In this document: positions 48,323-57,536 of the stretch, one piece after another | Position numbering within the stretch: position 1 is the first letter of the stretch | Layout of the letters: each line of letters begins with the position of its first letter | Assembly: GCA_965203175.1 (NCBI GenBank) | Contig: OZ241867.1 | Span: forward strand, 4,864,001 to 4,928,000 | Source: Candidatus Latescibacterota bacterium | GTDB lineage: Bacteria; Latescibacterota; UBA2968; UBA8231 | Length of the DNA: 64,000 bases | Direction of reading: 5' to 3' | Position numbers and translations under genes: made by a program | Notes under the pieces: model-generated | What the model saw: only the letters and a program-made list of their open reading frames with translations | The model's database searches: none | What the model was told of the DNA's origin: nothing

Positions 48323-49039
48323 TTAGACCGGCGGCGCTTCCAGAAAGACGCGCACCCCCATATCGGCGTAGCGCGACCGGCTCTCGGCCGTGCCATTGCG
48401 GAAACAGACTGCGGTATCCGTGCCCTGCAAGGCCTCGACCACGTGGCGCACGCAATCGTCAACGCTTTTGAGATGAGGATGTCCCCGGTGGTTTAGATCC
48501 ATTTGCAGGTCAGTAGGGCCAAAAGAGAGGCAATCGACCCCGGGCCGCGCCAAGTTGAATGCACTGGTCGCGGCCGCCACCGATTCGACTTGCAGCCACA
48601 ACACCCCGTACTGGTTCCACCAATCTGCATACGCCTGGGGGCCGCCGCTCGTGTCGCCGACGCGGGCACCACCGCCGTGGCTGCGTACCCCTTGCGGCAA
48701 GTAATAGAAATTGGCCACGGCCTCTTCAGCGGTCGCCACGGTCTCCACTTGGGGGACCTCGATCCCCGAAGGCCCTAAGTCCAAGCAGTTGCCGATCAGG
48801 TAGGTGTGGCGAGTGTGCTTGATGCGAAAGTGCAGCGGCAAGTCGAACTCCCCAATCATGCCCGCCAACGCGACCAAGCGGTCTTCGCTATAGGGCGAGT
48901 GCTGGCTATCGACAAAGACAAAATCGCACGCGCCCAATTCGGCGATGCGCTTGAAGGCATCGCGCTCGATATCGCCGCGAATGCCAAACCCCACCACCTG
49001 TTCGTCCTGCTTGATCTTCTGCTTCACATTCGCTGCCAT
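48323..49039 (-). CDS. HpcH/HpaI-family aldolase
   Basis: FVDSQH, VPQVET, QVES, GVDCLSFGPTDL. Confidence 0.8.
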   Translation of the reverse strand: MAANVKQKIKQDEQVVGFGIRGDIERDAFKRIAELGACDFVFVDSQHSPYSEDRLVALAGMIGEFDLPLHFRIKHTRHTYLIGNCLDLGPSGIEVPQVETVATAEEAVANFYYLPQGVRSHGGGARVGDTSGGPQAYADWWNQYGVLWLQVESVAAATSAFNLARPGVDCLSFGPTDLQMDLNHRGHPHLKSVDDCVRHVVEALQGTDTAVCFRNGTAESRSRYADMGVRVFLEAPPV

Positions 49040-49075
49040 GCTCGCGTCTCCTTTAAGAGAGTGCCAATGCCTCGA

Positions 49076-49957
49076 TTAGGCGTATAGTCCGAATATGCTA
49101 GCCGCCAACCAGAGCAGGGTGTTGACCTGCAAAGGCCGATCACTCCAAACGACTGTCGTAGGATCATCCCCCTGTCCTCGGTGGTACACTAGATAGAGAT
49201 AACGCAACACGCCGTAGAGCACAAAGGGAATCGTCCACTGCATTTGTGTGCCCTCTGCCCCTACTCCCATCGCGTACAGCGCGTAGCAGACTATGGTCAC
49301 CGCCGTGAGGACGGCGATCATCTGGTCTAGAAAGGGCACGCTGTATTCTGCGAGGATAGCGCGGTGATTCGCGGCACCATCCGCCAGTTGCACGATTTCC
49401 TGCCGGCGCTTGACCGCCGCAATGAAGAGCACCAGCGCGAAGATACAGACGATAAACCACGTGGAGATGGACACCTCAATAACCACGCCGCCGCCGACGG
49501 CTCGCAGCAGGTAACACGCGGCCACGATCAGCACATCCACCAACACCACGTGTTTGAGCCGGAGCGAGTACGCCGCGTTGAGCACCGCGTAGAGCACGGC
49601 TACCCACCCCAAATGGGGGTGCAGCCAAAACGCGCACGCCAACGCAAGGGCCAACGCGACCAAAGCCGCCCCCCAAGCCAACGCGACGGATAGGTGTCCG
49701 GCGGCAATCGGCCGGTGACATTTTTCGGGATGCAGGCGGTCGTACTGGCGGTCGAAGATGTCGTTGAACAAATAGACGCCCCCGCTCAACAAGACGAAGC
49801 AGAGGGCCGCCCCTAAGCTGTGTACTAAATAGGAAAGTTCAAAAAGGTGTTCGGAAAATACGAGGGCGGGAAAGACGAAAATATTCTTGATCCACTGCCG
49901 GGGGCGCATGGACCACAGGATGTAGTAGAGCGACAAAACAGGGCTATGCTTCTGCAC
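49076..49957 (-). CDS. UbiA-family prenyltransferase (decaprenyl-phosphate phosphoribosyltransferase-like)
   Basis: RPRQWIKN, NDIFD...D..HPEK..RPIAAG, YSLRLKH, KRRQE. Confidence 0.85.
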   Translation of the reverse strand: MQKHSPVLSLYYILWSMRPRQWIKNIFVFPALVFSEHLFELSYLVHSLGAALCFVLLSGGVYLFNDIFDRQYDRLHPEKCHRPIAAGHLSVALAWGAALVALALALACAFWLHPHLGWVAVLYAVLNAAYSLRLKHVVLVDVLIVAACYLLRAVGGGVVIEVSISTWFIVCIFALVLFIAAVKRRQEIVQLADGAANHRAILAEYSVPFLDQMIAVLTAVTIVCYALYAMGVGAEGTQMQWTIPFVLYGVLRYLYLVYHRGQGDDPTTVVWSDRPLQVNTLLWLAASIFGLYA

Positions 49958-49977
49958 AACCGGAGAGCAGAGGCCGT

Positions 49978-50538
49978 TCAGACCTCCATGATCTCCTTTT
50001 CCTTGTTCTCGATGATCCCGTCGATAGAGGCTACGTATTCAGCAGTCAACTCCTGCACCCTTTTCTGCGCGCTGCGCGACTCGTCCTCAGAGATGTCCCC
50101 GTCCTTTTGCGCTTCCTGGAGCAAGTCTATCCCGTCGCGTCGCGCGTGTCGCACTGCGACCCGCCCCTCCTCGGCGCGGTGCCGGGCGACTTTGGTGATT
50201 TCCACCCGACGCTCCTCAGTCAGTTCGGGAATGGGCAGTCGGATGATAGTGCCGTCGTTGGCTGGGTTAAGCCCCAAGCTCTTGTCGGCGAGAATGGCTT
50301 TTTCAATCACGGGAATCAGGGACGCCTCCCAAGGCTTGATCGCCAACAAACGCGACTCGGGGACACTGATCGTCGCCACTTGGTTGAGCGGTGTTTGTTG
50401 ACCGTAGTAATCCACCCGCACGTTGTCGAGCATGGCCACCGAGGCCCGCCCCGTGCGGATAGAGGCTAAGTCGCGGCGCAGGGACTCGATGGCCTTATCC
50501 ATAGCCTCTTGTACTGTTTCAATGATCTCTTCCAACAT
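49978..50538 (-). CDS. frr: Ribosome recycling factor
   Basis: IRTGRAS, VDYYG, PELTEERR, VRHARRD. Confidence 0.97.
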   Translation of the reverse strand: MLEEIIETVQEAMDKAIESLRRDLASIRTGRASVAMLDNVRVDYYGQQTPLNQVATISVPESRLLAIKPWEASLIPVIEKAILADKSLGLNPANDGTIIRLPIPELTEERRVEITKVARHRAEEGRVAVRHARRDGIDLLQEAQKDGDISEDESRSAQKRVQELTAEYVASIDGIIENKEKEIMEV

Positions 50539-50552
50539 GGCGGCCTCAATGC

Positions 50553-51155
50553 TCAGACGTCTTCTCCCAAGACGAACCGCTCAAAGCGACGCACGGTAAT
50601 TTTTTCGCCGATTTTGGCAGTTATCTCGGTGACTAATTCGCCAATGGTCTGATCGGGATTTTTGACGAAGACCTGTTCCATTAGGCAGTTTTCCTGATAG
50701 AACTTCTCCATCCGGCCCTCGACGATTTTCTCGGCAATGTGTTCGGGCTTGCCCTCGTTTTTGGCCTGTTCGAGGAAGATGGCTCGCTCCCTTTCCGCCG
50801 CGTCGGCGGGAACGCCCTCCCGATCAACCGCTAAAGGCTGGGAGGCGGCAATGTGCATGGCCACATCCTTGGCGAACTCTTGGAAGTCGTCGGTGCGGGC
50901 GACGAAGTCGGTTTCGCAGTTGACCTCTAGCAACACGCCGAGGCGGCTGCCCTGGTGAATATACGCTTGGATCAGCCCCTCGCTGGCGTCGCGGCCAGCT
51001 CGCTTCTCCACGGCGGACAGCCCCTGCTTGCGCAAGTACTCAATAGCCTTCTCGCTGTCGCCACCGGTCTCTTGTAGGGCCTTCTTGCAATCCATCATGC
51101 CCAAGCCCGTCTTCTGCCGGAGCATTCGAACGCTTTGTGCGGTAATCTGAGTCAT
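50553..51155 (-). CDS. tsf: Elongation factor Ts (short form)
   Basis: LRQKTGLGMMDCKKAL, NCETDFVA. Confidence 0.97.
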   Translation of the reverse strand: MTQITAQSVRMLRQKTGLGMMDCKKALQETGGDSEKAIEYLRKQGLSAVEKRAGRDASEGLIQAYIHQGSRLGVLLEVNCETDFVARTDDFQEFAKDVAMHIAASQPLAVDREGVPADAAERERAIFLEQAKNEGKPEHIAEKIVEGRMEKFYQENCLMEQVFVKNPDQTIGELVTEITAKIGEKITVRRFERFVLGEDV

Positions 51156-51185
51156 CGTGGTTTGCTTTCAAAAGTAGTGATCTGG

Positions 51186-51965
51186 CTATGCGGTGGTCTC
51201 GGCTACATCCGCCGGGACCTCTTCGGTTGCTTCGGTTGCTTCGGCCTCTTGCTTGTCGTCGCGGGCCGCCTTCTCGGCTTCGGCCTCGGCCTTGCCCTCA
51301 ACCACCGCGTCGGCGACGAGGCGCGTGATGAGGGCGATTGAGCGAATGGCGTCGTCGTTGCCGGGAATGGGATAGGTCACCAAGTCGGGGTCGCAGTTAG
51401 TATCGACGATGGCCACGGAGGGAATGCCTAGCTTGGCCGCCTCGCGCACTGCAATGTGCTCCTTCTTGATGTCTATGATAAAGACCAAGCCCGGCAGGCC
51501 ACCCATATTGCGGATGCCAGCCAAGGTCCGCTGGAGCCGGGCGCGCTCTTTTTCGAGCAGCAGGACTTCCTTTTTCTTGAGATTCTCGTAGGTGCCATCG
51601 GTTGAGATGCGGTCGAGATGCTCTAGGTGACGGATGCTCTGGCGGATGGTTTGCCAATTAGTCAACATCCCGCCGAGCCAGCGCTCGGTGACGTGAAACA
51701 TACCGCAGCGCTCGGCTTCCTGCCGCACGAGATCAGCGGCCTGCTTCTTCGTACCGACAAAGAACACGGCGCGGCCGGCGCGCACCGTCTGGCGCACGGC
51801 CTCGCAAGCAGCTTCTACTTTGCCGACCGTCTTTTGCAGGTCGATGATGTGGATGCCGTTGCGCTCGGTGAAGATATAGGGCTGCATTTTGGGGTTCCAA
51901 CGTCGGGTCTGGTGCCCGAAGTGGGTCCCAGCTTCCAGCAAATCGCGGATGGTGAAGTCAGCCAT
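51186..51965 (-). CDS. rpsB: 30S ribosomal protein S2
   Basis: [31 protein letters not shown]. Confidence 0.98.
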   Translation of the reverse strand: MADFTIRDLLEAGTHFGHQTRRWNPKMQPYIFTERNGIHIIDLQKTVGKVEAACEAVRQTVRAGRAVFFVGTKKQAADLVRQEAERCGMFHVTERWLGGMLTNWQTIRQSIRHLEHLDRISTDGTYENLKKKEVLLLEKERARLQRTLAGIRNMGGLPGLVFIIDIKKEHIAVREAAKLGIPSVAIVDTNCDPDLVTYPIPGNDDAIRSIALITRLVADAVVEGKAEAEAEKAARDDKQEAEATEATEEVPADVAETTA

Positions 51966-51979
51966 GATCGCTCCTAAAT

Positions 51980-52080
51980 GTTAGTTGGGCCTCCGCCTCC
52001 TTCATTTACACACAGAAGCCCCGCGGACATCGGATGTCCACGGGACACTCTCTGCTGTGCATCGGGAAGCGTGTGTATTG
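51980..52080 (-). ncRNA. Ribosomal protein S2 leader (rpsB autoregulatory RNA)
   Basis: Minus strand reads ACACACGCTTCC...hairpin CCGTGGACATC-C-GATGTCCGCGG...GGAGGCGGAGGCCCAAC, the layout of rpsB leaders. Confidence 0.65.
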
Positions 52081-52088
52081 GAATGGGA

Positions 52089-52481
52089 CTAGCGCTTGGA
52101 GAATTGGAAGCGCTTGCGCGCGCCGGCCAATCCGTACTTTTTGCGCTCTTTCTCGCGGGCATCGCGCGTCAGAAAACCGCCTTTTTTCAACACTTCCCGC
52201 TTCTGCGGGTCGTACTGCACCAAGGCGCGGGCAATGCCCAAACTCGCGGCACCGGCCTGACCGCGCAAGCCGCCGCCACGGGTGGAAATGTGGATGTCGA
52301 AAGTGTTCCGAGTCTCAGTCAGATCTAGCGGCTGCACGAGGATCATCTCCAAAGAATCCCGGCGCAGGTACTCGCCGACAGCGCGACCGTTCATATAGAT
52401 GCTGCCATTGCCGAGTTGCATGCGCACTCGGGCTATCGAGGTCTTTCTGCGGCCGGTCGCTTCGTAGCTTTCTGCGGGCAT
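52089..52481 (-). CDS. rpsI: 30S ribosomal protein S9
   Basis: TGRRK, GGG..GQAGA, ERKKYG..ARKRFQFSKR. Confidence 0.98.
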   Translation of the reverse strand: MPAESYEATGRRKTSIARVRMQLGNGSIYMNGRAVGEYLRRDSLEMILVQPLDLTETRNTFDIHISTRGGGLRGQAGAASLGIARALVQYDPQKREVLKKGGFLTRDAREKERKKYGLAGARKRFQFSKR

Positions 52482-52498
52482 TGGCGCGTTGCCTTTGG

Positions 52499-52933
52499 TT
52501 AAAGTTCGAGAGGCTGGGGGTTTTGCGCTTGATGTCGGTGTTCGCCACCTGCATAGACGCGGAGCTTCTTTAGCTGCATCCGCCCCAGCTTGGTGTGAGG
52601 CAGCATCCCCCGCACGGCTTTGCGGATGATCCGATCGGGATGCCGCTCGGCCATGCGGCTATAAGGAGTGGTCCGCAAGCCACCTGGATAGCCGGTGTGG
52701 TGATAGTAGACCTTCTTTTCGGCCTTGTCGCCCGTGACTCGCACCTTGTCGGCATTAATCACGATGACGTGGTCGCCCACATCGGCCTGCGGAGCGTATT
52801 CGGGTTTGCCCTTGCCGCGCAGCACTTGGGCGATTTCCGAAGCCAGCCGCCCTAGCACCTTGTCAGTGGCATCGACCACGAACCACTGCCGCTTGATTTC
52901 GCCCGCTTTAGGGGCATAGGTAATGTCGTTCAT
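52499..52933 (-). CDS. rplM: 50S ribosomal protein L13
   Basis: WFVVDA, LGRLAS, DVGDHVIVINA, HTGYPGG. Confidence 0.98.
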   Translation of the reverse strand: MNDITYAPKAGEIKRQWFVVDATDKVLGRLASEIAQVLRGKGKPEYAPQADVGDHVIVINADKVRVTGDKAEKKVYYHHTGYPGGLRTTPYSRMAERHPDRIIRKAVRGMLPHTKLGRMQLKKLRVYAGGEHRHQAQNPQPLEL

Positions 52934-52966
52934 CGTCTTTTCTTCAGATTAATATAGAAATTGTTT

Positions 52967-52995
52967 AACTTAAGCTCTCTATACGTGCTTGTCAA
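52967..52995 (-). promoter_or_regulatory. sigma70 promoter of rplM operon (TTGACA-N17-TAAGTT)
   Basis: Consensus -35 element and 17-bp spacer upstream of rplM. Confidence 0.6.
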
Positions 52996-52997
52996 GG

Positions 52998-53600
52998 TTA
53001 GGCTACCCGCCGCTTGCGCCACCAGCGCCAGAGTAGCACCGCCCCCACCAAGCACAATATCCCCACCAACAACCTATTGTATTGCGCGAGTAGCTCGGTG
53101 ACCTGCTCCCAGTTTTCCCCCACCAAAACCCCGGCGTAGAGCAGCAATCCGTTCCAAACCGCCATGCCGATCGAGCCGCATAGCGCGACGGTAGGCCAAG
53201 GCATGCGGCCTATACCAGCACCGATGGCAATGACCGACCGGATGCCACTCAAAAATCGGTTGCCGAGAATAAGCGCGACGCCGTAGCGACTGAGCCACCG
53301 CTCGGCTTGGGCCAGCTTCGCCGTACCCCGACGGCCGGCGAAAAAGGCGCGACCCCGACTATAGCCCAAATAGTACATGGCTAAGAAGCCAGCCGTACCT
53401 CCAACACAAGTAGCAAGAAAAACCGGCCATATATCCAAGAGGCCGCGCCCCACCAGATAGGCGCTAAACACCACCACCGTATCGCCTGGTATGGGTGGCA
53501 CGATATTTTCCAAAAAGGCACTAAGCAATAAGATGCCATACGCCCACAGCGGATCGACACCCGACAGGGCCGCGAGCAGGGAATCCAAATAGGCCGCCAT
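52998..53600 (-). CDS. DedA-family membrane protein
   Basis: FLEN.VPPIPGD, RF.SGIRS.I...AG. Confidence 0.9.
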   Translation of the reverse strand: MAAYLDSLLAALSGVDPLWAYGILLLSAFLENIVPPIPGDTVVVFSAYLVGRGLLDIWPVFLATCVGGTAGFLAMYYLGYSRGRAFFAGRRGTAKLAQAERWLSRYGVALILGNRFLSGIRSVIAIGAGIGRMPWPTVALCGSIGMAVWNGLLLYAGVLVGENWEQVTELLAQYNRLLVGILCLVGAVLLWRWWRKRRVA

Positions 53601-53603
53601 GCT

Positions 53604-54770
53604 TTAGAGCGCCAAAAGAGCCACGGCTTGAGCCTCCATACCCTCCTCGCGCCCGACGAATCCCAACCGCTCGGTCGTCGTGGCCTTGAGCGAAACCTGC
53701 CCTACTTCTAGGCCCAAGGTCGCGGATAGCATTTGGCGCATCGCTGCTATGTGCGGCGCTAGCTTGGGCTGCTGAGCCGCGACGACGGCGTCGATGTGTA
53801 GGACCCGCGCCCCTCGCTCCGCTATCAGGGTGCCGACCTGCTCGAGCAACACCAAGCTCGATATATCCTTGTACTGCTCGTCTGAGTCGGGAAAGAGCTG
53901 GCCGATATCCCCGGCCGACAGAGCGCCCAAAAGCGCGTCGATTATGGCGTGTGTCAACACATCTGCGTCCGAATGGCCCGCCAATCCCCGAGCAAAGGGC
54001 ACGACGACCCCACCCAAAATTAGAGGCCGTCCTTCCTCCAAGCGATGCACGTCGTAGCCCTGTCCTATGCGCAAGCCCATAGTAGGCACCTCTTCCCTTT
54101 CGCGTACTCGCCACTCGGCCCAAGCCAGATCTTCGGGCGTGGTGAGCTTGCGGTTGTCGGCCTCGCCGGGCACGACGCAGACCGCGTGGCCCAATCGCTC
54201 GACCAGCGCGGCGTCGTCAGTGGCCGCCACGTCGGTCCCAGCCGCGTGATATGCCCTCAGGAGCAGTTCGCGGTCAAAGCCCTGTGGGGTCTGCGCCTGC
54301 CATAGCCGCTCGCGGCGCATCGTGCTGACTATCCAACCGTCAGCCACTTCCTTGATCGTCTCTACCACCGGCAAAGCAGGTAGTGCCGCTCCGTGCTCGC
54401 GGGTGGCGGCGACCACCCGCTCCAGCAGCCTCTCTGAAATAAACGGTCGCACGGCGTCGTGTACTAAGACCATATCGGCGCGGGTCTCCTGCAAGCCTCG
54501 ATATACGGATGCACTGCGTTCAGCTCCCCCAGAGACGAGGGCAGTGGCTTTGCCAAAGTCCCCGCCCTCGCTCAAGCGGCGGCGGCAATAGTCCATGTCC
54601 TCGCGCCGCACGACCAAGACGATATCGGTCACCAGCGGGCTCGCTTCGAAACGCGCGAGTACGTGCCAGAGCACGGGCCGACCTCCTAAAGGGAGATACT
54701 GCTTGGGCCGATCTGATCCCATGCGCTGTCCCCGGCCAGCGGCCGGGACAATGGCGGTTATGCGTTCCAC
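53604..54770 (-). CDS. ispDF: Bifunctional IspD/IspF
   Basis: [22 protein letters not shown]; then [21 protein letters not shown]. Confidence 0.95.
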   Translation of the reverse strand: MERITAIVPAAGRGQRMGSDRPKQYLPLGGRPVLWHVLARFEASPLVTDIVLVVRREDMDYCRRRLSEGGDFGKATALVSGGAERSASVYRGLQETRADMVLVHDAVRPFISERLLERVVAATREHGAALPALPVVETIKEVADGWIVSTMRRERLWQAQTPQGFDRELLLRAYHAAGTDVAATDDAALVERLGHAVCVVPGEADNRKLTTPEDLAWAEWRVREREEVPTMGLRIGQGYDVHRLEEGRPLILGGVVVPFARGLAGHSDADVLTHAIIDALLGALSAGDIGQLFPDSDEQYKDISSLVLLEQVGTLIAERGARVLHIDAVVAAQQPKLAPHIAAMRQMLSATLGLEVGQVSLKATTTERLGFVGREEGMEAQAVALLAL

Positions 54771-54774
54771 GGCG

Positions 54775-55803
54775 TCACACGATCATCATGGCATCGCCAT
54801 AGCTATAAAAGCGATAGCCCCGCTCTATAGCCTCGCGGTAGGCGGCCAAAAGTCGTTCCCGGCCGACGAAGGCCGCTACGAGCAACAACAGACTCGAGCG
54901 CGGTAAGTGAAAGTTCGTTACCAACATATCGACCGCTTTGAATGCGTAGGGCGGATAGATAAACGCATCCGCAAGGCCCCCACGGGCACACACATTGCCC
55001 TCGGCATCGACGCTCGACTCCAAGGTCCGCACCACGGTAGTACCGACGGCGACGATGCGTCCACCGGCCGCGTGGCAACGCCTGAGCGCGGCCGCCACTG
55101 GCTCGTCGATTTCGCAGTATTCAGACTCGAGTACATGTTGGCGCGGGTCAGCGCAGCGCACCGGCTCGAACGTGCCCGGCCCCACGTGCAAGAGTACCTT
55201 CAAGACAGCCACACCCTTGGCAGCAATCTCAGCGATTAACTGAGGGGTAAAGTGCAGGCCAGCCGTGGGCGCGGCAACGGCTCCTGGGCGCGCCGCATAA
55301 ACAGTCTGATAGCGCTCTCGGTCCGTAGCCTCGGGTGGCCGCCGAATATAGGGAGGCAGCGGTATTTCCCCGATCTCTTCCAGCCGCGCCAGCACGTCCT
55401 CGACGGCAAAGCGCACGCGGAACCGCCCCGGCGCAACCTGCTCGACGATGTGCGCTTCCACCGCTCCATCGTCAAACTCCAATCGCGTCTTGGGTTTTAG
55501 GCCCCGCCCAGGCCGCCCCATAGCTAGCCAATCGCTCGCAGTTAGCGGTCTGAGCAGCAGCAGTTCAATCTGCCCTCCGGTAGCGACTTTACGGCCCCGG
55601 AGCCGAGCCGGCACGACCTGTGTCTGATTCAATACTAGGGTGTCGCCGGGCGCAAGCTGATCGACGATGGCACCAAAGTGCAGGTGCCGCAATGAGCCAT
55701 CCGCCCGGTTCAAGACCAAAAGACGCGCTTGGTCTCTCTCAGGCGGCGGGCGTTGGGCGATCAGGGCATCGGGCAGGTCAAAATCGTAGTCTACCAGTTG
55801 CAT
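54775..55803 (-). CDS. queA: S-adenosylmethionine:tRNA ribosyltransferase-isomerase
   Basis: [37 protein letters not shown]. Confidence 0.96.
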   Translation of the reverse strand: MQLVDYDFDLPDALIAQRPPPERDQARLLVLNRADGSLRHLHFGAIVDQLAPGDTLVLNQTQVVPARLRGRKVATGGQIELLLLRPLTASDWLAMGRPGRGLKPKTRLEFDDGAVEAHIVEQVAPGRFRVRFAVEDVLARLEEIGEIPLPPYIRRPPEATDRERYQTVYAARPGAVAAPTAGLHFTPQLIAEIAAKGVAVLKVLLHVGPGTFEPVRCADPRQHVLESEYCEIDEPVAAALRRCHAAGGRIVAVGTTVVRTLESSVDAEGNVCARGGLADAFIYPPYAFKAVDMLVTNFHLPRSSLLLLVAAFVGRERLLAAYREAIERGYRFYSYGDAMMIV

Positions 55804-55817
55804 TGCGCGATGCCAAC

Positions 55818-56525
55818 CTATTCCCGAGACCGCGTAGGACGCCACCGCGCATAGCGGAAAATGGTCCAGAGAATTTTGTATCCGGCCCGCAGCGTGCCAC
55901 TGAGTGTGCCGGTGATCTTGGAGGTGCCAATGCGGCAGCGATAGCGCACGGGCACTTCGGCTGTGCGCAGGCCCAGCCGAGCGGCTTTGACCTGCATCTC
56001 TGCGGTCCAGCCAAAGTTGCAATCCTGCATCTCTAGCCGCATGAGCGCGTCGTAGCGCAATGCGCGGAAAGGCCCCAAATCCGTAAAAGTGACACCGAAC
56101 AACAGGCGAATTAAGAAGGTGGCCAACCAGTTGCCAAAACGAGCTTGGGGCAAGAGAGCACCCTTTTCCCGCTGGCCCAAAACCCGCGAGCCAATAACCA
56201 CATCGGCGCGATCTGCGACGATCGGACTTATTAAAGCCGACATATCCTCGGGGTAATCGCTGTAGTCGCCGTCGAGGAAGACGACGATATCCGGCCTATC
56301 GAGATGGGCCATACCCGCCAGACAGGCTTGACCGTAGCCGCGGCGCGGCTCGCCGACGACGCAGGCACCCAAGCGGCGAGCCACCTCGGCGGTGCCGTCG
56401 CCGGAGCCATTATCGACGACGATAACCTGCTGTGCGATATCCGGTATGTCTTGCAGCACCTTGCCGATGGCGTCTTCTTCGTCACAAGCGGGAATGACGA
56501 CGGCAATGGCCGGAGGCGAGTCCAT
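55818..56525 (-). CDS. Family 2 glycosyltransferase
   Basis: VIPA.DEE, VDNGS.D, DGDYSD, TDLGPFRA. Confidence 0.9.
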   Translation of the reverse strand: MDSPPAIAVVIPACDEEDAIGKVLQDIPDIAQQVIVVDNGSGDGTAEVARRLGACVVGEPRRGYGQACLAGMAHLDRPDIVVFLDGDYSDYPEDMSALISPIVADRADVVIGSRVLGQREKGALLPQARFGNWLATFLIRLLFGVTFTDLGPFRALRYDALMRLEMQDCNFGWTAEMQVKAARLGLRTAEVPVRYRCRIGTSKITGTLSGTLRAGYKILWTIFRYARWRPTRSRE

Positions 56526-56552
56526 GCGCTGGGCACCGCAAATGGGGTTTGT

Positions 56553-57380
56553 CTAGAGGTTTTCCTCCAACCAGAGGAAGAACCGATCCTGCGCCTCGGG
56601 CACATTGTTGAGCAATGCAAAGCCGTGGTCAGCCGAGTCTGTAAAAACGCGCAGCTCCTTTGGCTCGGCCGTCTGTTCCTCTAAGCTGCGGGCGAAGTCG
56701 ACATAGCTGAGAATGACATCTCCGGCCTGAACTTGGTCTTGATCACCCACCATAAAGAGCATGGACCGCGGGCCAAACGGTTCGAGGCCGGTCCCGATGA
56801 CTAACGGCTCCAGTGAAGTGGCCCCCCACAGCCCCGGCGAGAGGGAGATACCGGTTTTTATTAGCTCGGGAAAACTGCCCAAACTCACGTAGGCCACATT
56901 TCCCCCCGAGCCACTGCCCACGACCGCGATACGGCTGGCATCAATCTTGGACTGGCTCTGCAGCCAGACCAGCGCGGCATGGACATCGAGAACGCTCAAT
57001 TCTAGATCAATCAATTCCAAGATCTGGCGGTCATCAGGCAGTGGGGTTTCGCCGTGCCCGCGCATGTCGATGGCTAAGACGGCATAGCCGCGTTCGAGTA
57101 AGGCCGTGTACGTGTCGGTGGCGCTCAACCAATCGTTTTTGCTCCCGCCTAGATCGTGCAGTAGGATCACCACCGGCAGACTGTCGGCCTCCGGCGTGCC
57201 AAAAAGCGCGCTCACCTCGACGCCGTCGTTGGACGGGAATCTAACGGCTGAGATGGGATAGACGCGGCCCTGCCCCTCGGGCAGATCGGGGCCGAGGATC
57301 TGTAGCTCTTCTTCTGAGTCGCTGCATCCCATGATCCCAACGGCGAATACCCAAACCCACCTGCACAATATCTTGCTCAT
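56553..57380 (-). CDS. Alpha/beta-hydrolase fold lipoprotein
   Basis: Lipobox IMGC, DMRGHG, GSGSGG elbow, GDQD, HG. Confidence 0.8.
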   Translation of the reverse strand: MSKILCRWVWVFAVGIMGCSDSEEELQILGPDLPEGQGRVYPISAVRFPSNDGVEVSALFGTPEADSLPVVILLHDLGGSKNDWLSATDTYTALLERGYAVLAIDMRGHGETPLPDDRQILELIDLELSVLDVHAALVWLQSQSKIDASRIAVVGSGSGGNVAYVSLGSFPELIKTGISLSPGLWGATSLEPLVIGTGLEPFGPRSMLFMVGDQDQVQAGDVILSYVDFARSLEEQTAEPKELRVFTDSADHGFALLNNVPEAQDRFFLWLEENL

Positions 57381-57499
57381 AAGATCATATCCTCGCCAAA
57401 AAGCGCGTTGCGAGCGCGCTCAATTGGCAACGCTCCTAATTTTCGTAACTCCTTGAGTTTGAATAAACAATCTCACCCTCTAGCTGTCAACTTGACGCC

Positions 57500-57528
57500 T
57501 TGACGACAAAATTCTTTTGCCGTATGCT
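57500..57528 (+). promoter_or_regulatory. sigma70 promoter TTGACG-N17-TATGCT (likely leaderless)
   Basis: -10 element ends 8 nt before the ATG at 57537; no SD. Confidence 0.55.
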
Positions 57529-57536
57529 GCCGCCCT

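Noticed and set aside
50553-51155. Short 200-aa EF-Ts as a truncation
   Set aside because: The short dimeric EF-Ts form is established (e.g. Thermus type).
53604-54770. IspD-IspF fusion as a novelty
   Set aside because: Bifunctional IspDF is well known in several phyla.
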